DNA of 64,000 nt from NCBI GenBank assembly GCA_046758745.1, contig JBHIAV010000002.1, forward strand, positions 1 through 64,000. Direction: 5' to 3'. The translations under genes were made by a program, and so were the position numbers. The notes under the pieces were generated by a model, which saw only the letters and a list, made by a program, of their open reading frames with translations, was not told the DNA's origin and ran no database searches. Origin of the DNA: Gemmatimonadota bacterium (GTDB lineage: Bacteria > Gemmatimonadota > Gemmatimonadetes > Palauibacterales > Palauibacteraceae). Below, in pieces: positions 9,052-19,185 of this stretch (within the stretch, counting starts at the first letter, position 1; every line of letters starts with the position of its first letter).

Positions 9052-10110
9052 GTGTCGCGTAAGCCTTCGCGTCGGGACGGGGCGGCGCGCTTGATCTCCA
9101 ACCTCCTTCTCTTCACGGTGGGCCTGGCCGCCCTCACCCTCGGGGCGGACTGGCTCGTACGGGGCGCGTGCCGTGCGGCCGAGAGCGTGGGGATGAGTCC
9201 GCTGGTGATCGGCCTCACGGTGGTCGCCTTCGGCACGTCCGCACCGGAGCTGGTGGTATCCGTGGCGGCGGCGCTGCGCGGCCAGCCGGGTCTCGCCATC
9301 GGGAACATCATGGGGTCGACGGTCGCGAATGTGGGGCTGATCGTCGGTCTGGGAGCGGTGATCCGCCCGATCGATGTCCACCGGCGGCTGCTCGTCCGCG
9401 AGTCGCCGCTCCTCGTCTTCGTCCTCGCGATCGTGATGGTTCTCTCCTACAACGGCGCGCTGGGGCGGCTCGACGGGCTGGCCTTGGTCACGGGGTTCTC
9501 GATCTATCTCCTCTTCCTGATGCGCTGGGCGCTGGAGGAGCGGTCGTCGAGCCCCCGTCTTCGAGGCGTCGGACGCTCCCCCGGGGGGGACGACGAGAAG
9601 CCGGGCGTAGGCGCGCCGGCCGGCGAGGGGAGAGACGGGGAAGCGAGGGAGCCCTCCGGGCCGCGCCGCAAGGGGTTGCTTGAGTGGCTTCGCGTCGGTG
9701 CCGGGCTCGCCCTCCTTCTCCTCGGGGCGGATTGGCTGGTCGATTCAGCGACGGCGATCGCGCGCGCCTTCGACGTGCCGGAGGAGGTGATCGGCGCCAC
9801 GATGGTGGCCGTCGGCACCTCGTTGCCGGAACTGGCCTCCACGGTGGCGGCGGCGGTGCGTGGGCTCGGCGACGTCGCCGTCGGCAACGTCATAGGCTCC
9901 AACGTCTTCAACCTCGGCCTCGTGCTCGGGACCGCAGCCCTGGTCGCGCCGCTACAGCTCCCCCCCCGGGCCGTGGTGAGGGAGGTGGTACCCGCGCTCA
10001 TCTTCTGCATCGCGCTCATCCCGCTGGCATATACCGGCGGCAGGATCCAACGGGGAGAGGGGGGGCTGCTCCTGCTCGGCTACGCGGGATTCATCCTGTG
10101 GATCCTGTAG
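9052..10110 (+). CDS. Calcium/sodium antiporter (CaCA, YrbG-like)
   Basis: Two alpha repeats: GTSAPE..GNIMGS and GTSLPE..GNVIGSN. True start possibly TTG 9091. Confidence 0.92.
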   Translation: MSRKPSRRDGAARLISNLLLFTVGLAALTLGADWLVRGACRAAESVGMSPLVIGLTVVAFGTSAPELVVSVAAALRGQPGLAIGNIMGSTVANVGLIVGLGAVIRPIDVHRRLLVRESPLLVFVLAIVMVLSYNGALGRLDGLALVTGFSIYLLFLMRWALEERSSSPRLRGVGRSPGGDDEKPGVGAPAGEGRDGEAREPSGPRRKGLLEWLRVGAGLALLLLGADWLVDSATAIARAFDVPEEVIGATMVAVGTSLPELASTVAAAVRGLGDVAVGNVIGSNVFNLGLVLGTAALVAPLQLPPRAVVREVVPALIFCIALIPLAYTGGRIQRGEGGLLLLGYAGFILWIL

Positions 10111-10199
10111 GGGCCGTGGCGCTTCGGCTCTCGCAGCAGCGCGACATCCGCTGGCCGCCTTGTAAAGCGCCTCGGTAAAGGTTAGGTTGGAGCTTGGCT

Positions 10200-10424
10200 A
10201 TGGCCACCTCCGTGAAGATCAGCAGCAAGCACCAGATCGTGGTCCCACGGGAGGCGCGGGAGGCGCTCGGCCTGGAGGCCGGGGCGCGGCTCCTGGTGTC
10301 GGTTCGTGGGGACGGGGTGATCGAGATGCGCGTCGAGCCACGGGACCTGGCCGGAGAGCTGGAAGGTCTCCTCGCGGGGCTGAGGGCCGGGCCGGACCTG
10401 TGGCCGGAACTGCTGGATGAGTAA
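10200..10424 (+). CDS. AbrB/MazE/SpoVT-family antitoxin (VapB-like)
   Basis: VKISSKHQIVVPREAREALGLEAG; overlaps the downstream PIN gene. Confidence 0.85.
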   Translation: MATSVKISSKHQIVVPREAREALGLEAGARLLVSVRGDGVIEMRVEPRDLAGELEGLLAGLRAGPDLWPELLDE

Positions 10425-10887
10425 CCGGGCGCGCTTCCGGGAGCTGTTGGCCGAAGCGGGCCGCGTGCACATCGACGCGCCGGTGATCGCGTACCACCTC
10501 CTGGCTCACCCCGCGTACGTCGAGCTGACCCGCCTCCTGTTCGCCGGACTCCGGGCCGGAGAGTTTGGTGCGCAGACGTCGGCGCTCTCCCTCTACCAGA
10601 CGCTGGTCGAGCCGTACAGGCGCGGCGACGGCAAGCTCGCTCTCCTAGCCGAGCGATACCTCGGCGCGATCCCGGGTCTGGAGATCCTTCCCGTGACGGG
10701 AGCAGTGGCCCGCCAAGCGGCCGAAGTCACGGCCCAGCTCGGCGGCAGGGTGGAGCGAGCGGTACAGATCGCGTCTGCCCTGGTGGGTGGCGCGGCCCTC
10801 TTCCTCACTTCGCGGTCCGGCCTTCGCCGGGTCGCCGGGATGCAGGTGATCAGCCTGGAGTCCTTCGCCGCGCGCTCCGGTGCCTAA
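10417..10887 (+). CDS. PIN-domain protein (VapC-like), degenerate active site
   Basis: VHIDAPVIAYH beta1, EILPVT, AVQIASA, FLT pattern; several acidic catalytic positions replaced. Confidence 0.8.
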   Translation: MSNRARFRELLAEAGRVHIDAPVIAYHLLAHPAYVELTRLLFAGLRAGEFGAQTSALSLYQTLVEPYRRGDGKLALLAERYLGAIPGLEILPVTGAVARQAAEVTAQLGGRVERAVQIASALVGGAALFLTSRSGLRRVAGMQVISLESFAARSGA

Positions 10888-10957
10888 GGGTGCTCCCGGT
10901 CCCCGAGGCGCACGGCCCGCCCTGGCGTCCGAGGGCCGCCGCCGCCGCGCCAGGACT

Positions 10958-11812
10958 TCAGTCGGCGAACTCGACATGCACCTCGGGGAGGATCCCGGCC
11001 TCGGCGCCGCGGGCGAGGAAGAGCCGCACGGCCTCGCGTCCCGCCTCGCCGTAGTCGAGGGTGCGCTGGTTCACGTACATGCCCACGAAGTCGTCGACCT
11101 GGCGTGGGGAGAGGCCACGCGCGAAACGGAGAGCGTAGTCCAGAGCTTCGGCACGGTGGTCGAGCGCGTAGCGTATGCTCTCCCGAAGATGGCGCGAGAT
11201 CCGGCCTATTAGCTCGGACCCGAGGTCCCGGCGGATCACGTTGCCGCCGAGGGGAAGGGGAAGGCCCGTCTGCGAATGCCACCACGCTCCGAGATCGAGC
11301 AGGAAGGTGAGACCGGAGTCTGCGTAGGTGAGCTGCCCCTCATGGATGATCAGACCCGCCTCCACGCGTCCCGTGGTCACGTCCTCGAGAATGCAGTCGA
11401 ACGGGCGCACGACGGTTGCGACTCCCGGCTCCCACAACCGGAGCGCGAGGTAGGCCGAGGTGAGCTCTCCGGGCACGGCGATCGTCGCTCGGCGGAGCTG
11501 CCCCTCGCTCAGCTCGTGGCGCGCGACGATCCGCGGCCCGTACGTCTCCCCCATGCTGGCTCCGTGAGGCAGGAGGAGGTAGCGGTCGGCGAGGTAGGCA
11601 TAGGCATGGATGGAGACGGCGGTCACCTCGAGTTCGCCGCGCCGGGCGCGCTCGTTGAGCGTCTGAATGTCTTGCAGCTCGTGCTCGAAGCGCAGATCGC
11701 CGGTATCGAGGAGCCCTTCGGCGAGTGCGTAGAACATGAACGCGTCGTCGGCGTCGGGGCTGTGCGCGACCCGGACGGTGCGCACGGAGCCGCGTGTCGC
11801 GGTCTGGGTCAT
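10958..11812 (-). CDS. mqnD: 1,4-dihydroxy-6-naphthoate synthase (futalosine menaquinone pathway)
   Basis: AHSPDADDAFMFY, PGELTSA, LIIHEGQLTY, GLPLPLGGN, MYVN. Confidence 0.85.
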   Translation of the reverse strand: MTQTATRGSVRTVRVAHSPDADDAFMFYALAEGLLDTGDLRFEHELQDIQTLNERARRGELEVTAVSIHAYAYLADRYLLLPHGASMGETYGPRIVARHELSEGQLRRATIAVPGELTSAYLALRLWEPGVATVVRPFDCILEDVTTGRVEAGLIIHEGQLTYADSGLTFLLDLGAWWHSQTGLPLPLGGNVIRRDLGSELIGRISRHLRESIRYALDHRAEALDYALRFARGLSPRQVDDFVGMYVNQRTLDYGEAGREAVRLFLARGAEAGILPEVHVEFAD

Positions 11813-11931
11813 CGGCCCGAGTGCGTCGGTTCCCTCCTCGTCTGTCGGCCCGCTTGCCGAGGGTCCCGTAGCGGAAGGTGGCGAAGCTAGGCTCGGGGCG
11901 CCCCGGGGGCCAGGGAGCCGGAGTCCACCCG

Positions 11932-13188
11932 CTACAGGGGCCGGAAGAGGAGCCCCGACGGGATCTTCGGTGCGAAATACGTCGTCTTCGGCGGCAGGCG
12001 GCGTCCCGCCTCGGCGGCGCGCCACACATCCTCCAGCGCGACGGGGGCGAGAAGGAAGACTCCCCCGTCGGCCCCGGCGTGCGCGACCGCGGAGTCCGGA
12101 TCCCGGTGATAGGAGAGCAGTCCCTGCCGCTGTGCACGGTCCGCGTCCAGCGCGAACAGGGGATCGAGGACGAGCCGCTCGAAGATGACGCTCGGGATGC
12201 GCGCTACGGCCTCCTCTCCGGGACACGCTCGGTTCGTCTCCGTCGGCGGGGTGGCGTCGCCCTTCGGACGCAGGAGCCACGCCCTTCCCCTGCCGGGCTG
12301 CAGGAATACCATGGCCCCGGCCACTTCATGCGCGGCGGCGGCGGCCGCCTCCGGGCTCGACGCGACGAGGGGCTCCAGGTCGAAGGCTGAGCCCAAGAGA
12401 CGCTCCCACTCCCCTCCCTCGGGAGCGTGCCGGAGCGTGCGGTGGGTGGGGTGAATGAGAAGGCCGGGATCACCCTCCCCGACGACGCAGGTCAGCACCG
12501 AAGAAGCCCTCTCCCGGTGCCCGAGTCGCCGCCGGACCTCGAGCGCCGTCTCATAGCGATGGTGCCCGTCGGCGATGAGGAGCGGTCCTTCTCCGGCCGC
12601 ATGGCACAGGCACTCGCCGAGGCCACCCGCAGGGAGCCGCCACAGGTCGTGCACCACGCCGTCGGGCGTCCGACCGGAGAGAACCCGCCGCCCGGATTCG
12701 CCCTGGGAAACGGAGTCACGCAGTCGCCCGCTCGGGTCCCGAGCGATCAGGAAGATCGGGGAGAGCTGCGCCCGGCAGGCGAGAGTGAGCCGGAGGCGAT
12801 CTTGCTTCGGCGCCGAGTGCGTCTCCTCGTGCGGGAGGACCTCCCCCTGTCCGAAGGGCGAGAGGCGGAGGGCCGCGAGGATGGCCCGGCGCTCGTGCCG
12901 TGCCGCGCCCAGCTCGAAACGCTGACGGTAGGCGTAGACAGCGGGCTCGGAGTCCTCCTGGAGAATCCCCTCTCGCCGCCATGCGTCCAGAAGACGCGCT
13001 GCCCGCTCGTAGCGTCCCGGCGACTCCCCTTCCGGAAGGATCAGGTGGACGCAGTTGTGGGGGCTGAGATTGCGAAGCTCCCGGGCGGCCGCCTCGTTGA
13101 TCACGTCGTACGGGGGCGCCAGAAGCGCCGAGGGATCGCCCGCGGAGCTCGAGTAGCGGAGAGCCACGAAGGGTCGGAGCTCAGGCAC
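11932..13188 (-). CDS. DUF1015 family protein
   Basis: APPYDVI, PHEET, IADGHHRYETA, PKTTYFAPK. Confidence 0.9.
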   Translation of the reverse strand: MPELRPFVALRYSSSAGDPSALLAPPYDVINEAAARELRNLSPHNCVHLILPEGESPGRYERAARLLDAWRREGILQEDSEPAVYAYRQRFELGAARHERRAILAALRLSPFGQGEVLPHEETHSAPKQDRLRLTLACRAQLSPIFLIARDPSGRLRDSVSQGESGRRVLSGRTPDGVVHDLWRLPAGGLGECLCHAAGEGPLLIADGHHRYETALEVRRRLGHRERASSVLTCVVGEGDPGLLIHPTHRTLRHAPEGGEWERLLGSAFDLEPLVASSPEAAAAAAHEVAGAMVFLQPGRGRAWLLRPKGDATPPTETNRACPGEEAVARIPSVIFERLVLDPLFALDADRAQRQGLLSYHRDPDSAVAHAGADGGVFLLAPVALEDVWRAAEAGRRLPPKTTYFAPKIPSGLLFRPL

Positions 13189-13416
13189 CTGTTCCTCCCG
13201 CTTTCACGAGGCAGACCGCCGGTGTAACCTCCCCGGAGCGACGCGAGCGGGGCTGCCTCGGGGAGGCGCCCGAAGGTGCGAAGCTCGACCTGCTGCCGGA
13301 CTCGGGCAAGGGCGTTCAAGCTTCCCGCCCGCCGCGCCGCCCAAGGCGCCGGCCCCGCCCGTTCCCGGCACGCGGGGCCCTCGGCGGGAGGGCGTGAGGA
13401 GTACGTGAAGGGAAAG

Positions 13417-14295
13417 ATGAGGCGATCGATCCACGGCCTGCTCGTGGATCTCGACGGGACCGTGTACCAGGGCAGCTCCCTGATCGAGGGGGCGCGGGAG
13501 ACGGTCGCGGCGCTTCGGGAGCGAGCCATGCCGTTTCTCTTCACCACCAACACGAGCCGGAAGTCGCGCCGGGATGTGACGGAATTGCTACGCGGGCTCG
13601 GTCTCGACGCCTGGGAGGAAGAGATCTTCACCGCTCCGACGGCGGCGGTGGAGTGGCTTAGAGCCAAGGGGCTGCGGCGCGTGCAGCTGCTCGTTCCAGA
13701 GTCCACCCACGCCGATTTCGGCGAGTTCGAGATCACCGACCGGGGGCCGGAGGCGGTGCTGGTCGGCGACCTCGGCACCGGCTTCACCTTCGAGAGGCTC
13801 AACGAGGCCTTCCGCAGCCTGCGGGCGGGGGCGCGCTTGGTGGCGATCCACCGGAACCGCTTCTGGCTGCCGGAGGGCGGGCCGACGCTCGACGCCGGAC
13901 CGTTCGTGAGAGCCCTCGAGTATGCCTCCGGCACGGAGGCGGTCCTGGTGGGGAAACCCGCGCCGGCCTTCTTCGCGGCGGCGGCCGCCCGCCTCGGCCT
14001 GGCCCCGGCGGAGCTGGCAGTGGTCGGCGACGATGCCGAGAGCGACATCCGGGGAGGGAGGGCGGCGGGCCTGTTCACCGTCCAAGTTCGGACGGGAAAG
14101 GGCGACCCGGCCCTTGGGCCGGGTCCCGGCGGCGAGAAGTCGGCGGGTCGCGTCATCCCCTCCCTCCGCGAGCTGCCAGGGTGCCTGCCGGGAGCGGGCC
14201 GGCGTTCCTGGCCTCCTCTGCACGGGCCGGAACCGGCTCCGGCCGGCTCGGCGCATCCGGTGGTCTTGCCGAGCCCCGCGCAGCGGCGGCCCTAG
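13417..14295 (+). CDS. HAD-superfamily IIA hydrolase (HDHD2/LHPP-like)
   Basis: DLDGTVY, TTN, VGKP, VGDDAESDI, RTGK. Confidence 0.9.
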   Translation: MRRSIHGLLVDLDGTVYQGSSLIEGARETVAALRERAMPFLFTTNTSRKSRRDVTELLRGLGLDAWEEEIFTAPTAAVEWLRAKGLRRVQLLVPESTHADFGEFEITDRGPEAVLVGDLGTGFTFERLNEAFRSLRAGARLVAIHRNRFWLPEGGPTLDAGPFVRALEYASGTEAVLVGKPAPAFFAAAAARLGLAPAELAVVGDDAESDIRGGRAAGLFTVQVRTGKGDPALGPGPGGEKSAGRVIPSLRELPGCLPGAGRRSWPPLHGPEPAPAGSAHPVVLPSPAQRRP

Positions 14296-16679
14296 CTAGC
14301 GTCACGGCGGTGGCGACCCTCGCCGGGCTCATCGGGGCGGTGGCGACCCTCGCCGGACTCGTCGCGGCGGCCCTGTCGCTCCCCCCGGCTGCCCTGGCGC
14401 AGGCCCCCCGGGCCCTCGTAGCCGTTCCGACGCCCGAGGCCTACCTCGGCTTCGAGCCCGGCGAGGATCGGCGACTCGCGGAGTGGGGGCAGATCACGGG
14501 CTACCTGCAGCGGATCGCCGAGACGAGCGACCGGGCCCACCTCGACACGATCGGGCGGTCCACGCTGGGCGCGCCGTTCATCCTGCTCACGCTCAGCGAC
14601 CCGTCGAACCTCGAGAGGCTGGAGGAGCTGCGCGAGGTGCAGGCCCGTCTCGCCGACCCGCGCCGCATCTCCGACCCCGACGAGCGGGAGGATCTGCTTC
14701 GGCGGGGGCGCGTCGTGATCCTCCTCACGACGGCCATCCACTCCACCGAGGTCGGGAGCTCGCTCGTGCCGCTCACCCTGGCCTATCGCCTCGCCGCCTC
14801 CGAGGAGCCCGACGTTCGCCACATCCTGCAAGAGGCCATCGTCCTCCTCATCCCCTCGTTGAACCCGGATGGAATCGACCTGGTGGCGCGGTGGTACCGG
14901 AGCACGATCGACATGCCGTGGGAGGGTACGGAACCGCCCTTTCTCTACCATCCGTACGTGGGGCATGACAACAACCGGGACTGGTACGCGTTCACGCAAC
15001 AGGAGACGCGCATCGTCGTCCGCGAAGTGTACGGGGCGTGGCACCCGCAGATTGTGCACGACATCCACCAGCAGACGGCCGACGGGAGTCGCTTCTTCGT
15101 CCCGCCATGGCTGGATCCGATCGAGCCGAACGTGGACCCGCTCCTCATCTCGGCTTCGAACGCGCTCGGCACTGCGGTGGCCTGGGAGCTGCACAGGCAG
15201 GGCAAGTCCGGCGTGGTGGTAAACGCGTCGTTCGATGCGTGGACGCCGGCCCGGGCGTACCCGCACTACCACGGCGGCGTCCGCATCCTCTCGGAGACGG
15301 CGAGCGCCCGTCTCGCTTCGCCGATGAAGATCAGCGTCGATCAGCTGAGCCAGGAGCGCGGATTCGACCCTCGGCGGGCGTCCTGGAATCACCCGCGGCC
15401 ATGGCCGGGGGGACGCTGGGGGCTCGACGACATCCTCGTATACATGGAGTCGGGCGCCATGGCACTCCTCCGGCACGCCGCCCGCTACCGGGAGCAGTGG
15501 CTGCGGAACTTCCTCGCGGTGGGGGAACGTGCCGTAGCGGGGTGGGAGAGCTGGCCGCAGGCTTGGGTCCTCCCGGCCGGGCAGGAGGAGAGCGAGGGGC
15601 TGCATGAGGTGCTGCGGATCCTGGTGACCGGCGAGGTAGAGGTCGTGAAGACCAGGGGATCGTTCACGGCGGACGGGCGCCGGTTCGAGGCCGGGAGCTA
15701 CGTGATCGACATGCACCAGCCGTTCGCTTCGTTCGCCCAGGCCCTCCTCGCCCCTCAGGGCTACCCGGAGTTGAGGGAGAGCGAGGACGGTCCCCTCCTC
15801 GAGCCCTATGACGCGACGGCACACGCGATCCCGCTCCTCATGGGGGTCCAGGCCGTTCCGGTCCACCGACGTCTCTCCGTGAGCGGCGAGCGGGTGAGCG
15901 CTCGAGATCGGCCCGACCCTCGCGTGGAGGGCCTCTCGGACGATCCGGGGGTTCTGGTGGGACTGTATCAACCGTGGTTCCCCTCCATCGACGAGGGGTG
16001 GACGCGATGGCTGTTCGACCGCTACGCGGTCCCGTACGAGACGCTCCGCAACGGCGATGTGCTGCGTGGAGGCCTCATTCGCCACTTCACCGCGATCGTT
16101 CTCCCGTCGATCGGTCCCGTCACGCTCCGGGAGGGTCGGCCGCCGGGTTCCCTGCCCCAGCGGTACGTGGGAGGTCTCGGGGAGGCCGGCGCGGCGGAGC
16201 TGCGCGCCTTCGTGGAGGCTGGAGGGACGCTGGTGGCGCTGGACAGCGCCGCCTCGTACGCCATAGACGCCCTCAGCCTGCCGGTGCGCGACCTGCTGGA
16301 AGGCCTGGATCGGAGCCGGTACTTTGCCCCCGGCTCGATCGTGCGGCTCGAGGTGGACACGTTGAGCTGGCTCGGTCGCGGCATGCCGGCGAGGACGGCG
16401 GCGTGGCTCGACGGAGGGCTCGCCCTGGAGCCGATGGGCCCCGAGGTCCGGGTGGTGGCCCACTATGGGAGAGCGCCGGTGCTGCTCAGCGGCCTGCTGC
16501 ACGGCGCGTCCCACCTCGGCGGCCGCGCGGCGATGGTGGAGATTCCGCTGGGGGAGGGCCGGGTGATCCTGTTCGGCTTCCGGCCTCAGTACCGGGGACA
16601 GTCCATCGCCACCTACCCCCTCCTTTTCAACGCCCTCCGCCGCCGGGCCCGCTCCTCCGGCTCCGGGGCTCTCCGCTAG
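14181..16679 (+). CDS. Secreted M14 family zinc carboxypeptidase
   Basis: IHSTE, NPDG, DNNRD, DIHQ; C-terminal FGFRPQYRG domain. Start uncertain; duplicated VATLAGL in the signal region. Confidence 0.88.
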   Translation: MPAGSGPAFLASSARAGTGSGRLGASGGLAEPRAAAALASVTAVATLAGLIGAVATLAGLVAAALSLPPAALAQAPRALVAVPTPEAYLGFEPGEDRRLAEWGQITGYLQRIAETSDRAHLDTIGRSTLGAPFILLTLSDPSNLERLEELREVQARLADPRRISDPDEREDLLRRGRVVILLTTAIHSTEVGSSLVPLTLAYRLAASEEPDVRHILQEAIVLLIPSLNPDGIDLVARWYRSTIDMPWEGTEPPFLYHPYVGHDNNRDWYAFTQQETRIVVREVYGAWHPQIVHDIHQQTADGSRFFVPPWLDPIEPNVDPLLISASNALGTAVAWELHRQGKSGVVVNASFDAWTPARAYPHYHGGVRILSETASARLASPMKISVDQLSQERGFDPRRASWNHPRPWPGGRWGLDDILVYMESGAMALLRHAARYREQWLRNFLAVGERAVAGWESWPQAWVLPAGQEESEGLHEVLRILVTGEVEVVKTRGSFTADGRRFEAGSYVIDMHQPFASFAQALLAPQGYPELRESEDGPLLEPYDATAHAIPLLMGVQAVPVHRRLSVSGERVSARDRPDPRVEGLSDDPGVLVGLYQPWFPSIDEGWTRWLFDRYAVPYETLRNGDVLRGGLIRHFTAIVLPSIGPVTLREGRPPGSLPQRYVGGLGEAGAAELRAFVEAGGTLVALDSAASYAIDALSLPVRDLLEGLDRSRYFAPGSIVRLEVDTLSWLGRGMPARTAAWLDGGLALEPMGPEVRVVAHYGRAPVLLSGLLHGASHLGGRAAMVEIPLGEGRVILFGFRPQYRGQSIATYPLLFNALRRRARSSGSGALR

Positions 16680-16744
16680 GCGCTCGACACTACCAGGCCA
16701 TCATCAGGGATGTGGCGCAGGGCAGGAGGCGGTGTAGCGCTTCC

Positions 16745-17524
16745 TCACCGCGAGAGCTGGTCCAGCGCCATCATGAGCGCGAAGCCGAGAAGGAAGCCGA
16801 GCGTCGCCAGGTTGACGTGGCCGCTCCGCGTCGTCTCGGGCAGGAGCTCCTCCACCACCACGTACAGCATCGCTCCGGCGGCGAAGGCGAGCCCGTACGG
16901 AAGCGCATGGGAGCCGAGGGTGACGAAAGCGGCGCCGCCCACGGCCGCCACCGGTTCGATCGCAGCGGAGAGCTGGCCGTACCACAGCGCCCTCCCGCGG
17001 CTCATCCCGTCCCTTCTCAGCGGAAGGGCGATCGCGAGCCCCTCGGGGATGTTCTGGAGGCCGATGCCGAGCGCGAGCACGATCGCCCGACCCAGGTCGC
17101 CGCTCCCGAAGCCGAGTCCGACGGCGAGCCCTTCGGGAAGGTTGTGGATCGTGATCGCCGAGATCAGGAGGGTGGAGCGCCGCCAGGCGACCGACGGCCC
17201 CTCGGCCGTGGCCTCGTCGGGGAACTCCGGGTGCAGATGCGGGATGGCCCGGTCGAGCGCCCATATCCCGGCTGCGCCGAGACTCAGGCCCGCGACCGCC
17301 CGCCACACGCCTCCAACGTCGAGGGCGGGGACGAGGAGCGACCAGCACGAGGCGGCGACCATGATGCCGCCGGCCGCACCCATCATCCCGTCCATGAGCT
17401 TCCGGTCCACGCGACGCACGAAGAGGACGGGGACGGTCCCGCACAGCGTGAGAAACCAGGTCAGCAGGCCGGCGAGGGCGGCTTGCTCGAGCGGGTGGAG
17501 CGAGGAGAGCCAGGAGGGAGCCAC
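16745..17524 (-). CDS. ZIP family metal transporter
   Basis: AITIHNLPEGLAVG and IGLQNIPEG motifs; multi-TM. Confidence 0.92.
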   Translation of the reverse strand: MAPSWLSSLHPLEQAALAGLLTWFLTLCGTVPVLFVRRVDRKLMDGMMGAAGGIMVAASCWSLLVPALDVGGVWRAVAGLSLGAAGIWALDRAIPHLHPEFPDEATAEGPSVAWRRSTLLISAITIHNLPEGLAVGLGFGSGDLGRAIVLALGIGLQNIPEGLAIALPLRRDGMSRGRALWYGQLSAAIEPVAAVGGAAFVTLGSHALPYGLAFAAGAMLYVVVEELLPETTRSGHVNLATLGFLLGFALMMALDQLSR

Positions 17525-17655
17525 CCGCTACCGCTCGACGTGAGGCAGCTCGATCAGCGCCATCGCCCTCGCTCCGTTGCGGGTTGTGGACTGTCTCCGT
17601 CCCGCCGCTCGCCCTCTCCACTACCGCCCGGAGATGGTCTGAGAGCCGGCCGCCT

Positions 17656-19080
17656 CTACGCGAGGTCTTCGGGGAAGTTCTCCAGTACGTCCGTCAGCCT
17701 GTTCAGGAAGAACGCGGCCATCGCGCCATCCACCACCCGATGGTCGTAGCTGAGACCGAAGTAGGCCCGGTGGCGGATCGCAATCACATCGTTCCCGAAC
17801 TCGTCCTCCACCGCCACGGGTCGCTTCTCGATGACACCGGTGCCGAGGATCGCCACCTGCGGCTGGTTGATGATCGGCGTGCCGAACAGGTTTCCGAACA
17901 CCCCGACGTTGGTGATGGTGAAGGTCCCGCCCTGGATGTCGTCGAAGCCGAGGGTCTTGCTCCGCGCCTTCTCGGCCAGCTCGTTCGCGCCGGCCGCAAG
18001 TCCCATCAGGCTCAGGCGGTCCGCGTTCTTGAGCACCGGCACGATGAGTTCCCTGCCATCGTTCACGGCCACCGCGATACCGAGGTTGATGTCACGGTGG
18101 TACACGATGCGGGAGCCATCCACGGAAGCGTTGAGGATCGGGTACTCGAGGAGACCCTGCACGACCGCCTTCATGATGAACGGCCCGTACGTGAGCTTGA
18201 TGCCCTTCTCCTCGAAGCGGGGCTTGAGCTTCCTCCGCAGCTGTACGACGCGTTCGAAGTCGATCTCGCTCACGGAGGTGACGTGCGCCGACACCCGCTT
18301 GGACATGAGCATGTGCTCCATCGTGCGGAGCCGGACGCGGTTCATCTCCTCTACCCGGTCGCCCTCGCGGATCGGGACTTTCGGGATCCGTATGTCGAGG
18401 ACGGCGCCATGAATCGGGACGCGCATCACGCCGGGCTCGGCCGGCGCGGCGGCGGGCACCTCGGCGGCGGGCACCTCGGCGGCGACCTCGCGAGCCTCGA
18501 TGAAGGCGAGAAGGTCATCGCGTGTCACCCGGCCGGCGATCCCGGTCCCCGGCACCTGGGTGATGTCCACGGAATGCTCGGCCGCGATTTTTCGCACCAG
18601 CGGCGTCGACCGCGTGCGAAGGCGCTCCTCCCGGGTAGCGGGCCCGCCGTCGGTGGTGGGGGGCGCAGGGGCGGGTGCCAGAGCGGCGGCCACCGGTGGA
18701 GCGGGCGCTTCGGCCGCGACGGCAGGAGCGGCGGCCGGGGTCGGTGGCTCGGCGGCCACCGGGGTTCCCTGCCCGCCTGCGGCCGGCGCTTCCGGTTCGG
18801 TCGCTGCGGCGGGCTGTTCGATCCCTGCCGCGGCGCCGGCTTCGGTGTCGATGCGTGCGACTACCGTGTTCACCTCTACCGTCTCGCCGGCTTGCACGAG
18901 AACCTCGACCAGGGTGCCGCTTGCCGGTGCCGGGATGTCGGCATCCACCTTGTCGGTCGATATCTCGAACAGGTCTTCATCCCGTTGGACCGGCTGCCCT
19001 ACCTCCTTCAGCCACCTCGTCAGCGTGCCCTCGGCGATGGACTCGCCCATCTGCGGCATGATCACGTCTACCTTGGCCAT
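17656..19080 (-). CDS. 2-oxoacid dehydrogenase E2, dihydrolipoamide acyltransferase
   Basis: Lipoyl domain MPQMGES..STDKV, E3-binding GTGIAGRVTRDD, catalytic DHRVVDG. Confidence 0.95.
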   Translation of the reverse strand: MAKVDVIMPQMGESIAEGTLTRWLKEVGQPVQRDEDLFEISTDKVDADIPAPASGTLVEVLVQAGETVEVNTVVARIDTEAGAAAGIEQPAAATEPEAPAAGGQGTPVAAEPPTPAAAPAVAAEAPAPPVAAALAPAPAPPTTDGGPATREERLRTRSTPLVRKIAAEHSVDITQVPGTGIAGRVTRDDLLAFIEAREVAAEVPAAEVPAAAPAEPGVMRVPIHGAVLDIRIPKVPIREGDRVEEMNRVRLRTMEHMLMSKRVSAHVTSVSEIDFERVVQLRRKLKPRFEEKGIKLTYGPFIMKAVVQGLLEYPILNASVDGSRIVYHRDINLGIAVAVNDGRELIVPVLKNADRLSLMGLAAGANELAEKARSKTLGFDDIQGGTFTITNVGVFGNLFGTPIINQPQVAILGTGVIEKRPVAVEDEFGNDVIAIRHRAYFGLSYDHRVVDGAMAAFFLNRLTDVLENFPEDLA

Positions 19081-19185
19081 CGCGCCCTTCCTGTCTCTCT
19101 TCCGTGCGGCCGCGGGAGCGGCCACCCACGGGTCACGCCGTAGGAGCGTGGGCGACCGGCCGCCGCCCGGCCGGGACGGCGGGTC

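Noticed and set aside
13200-13340. Multi-hairpin intergenic region, possible 6S RNA or glycine riboswitch
   Set aside because: Only short partial motif matches; hairpins are expected by chance at this GC content.
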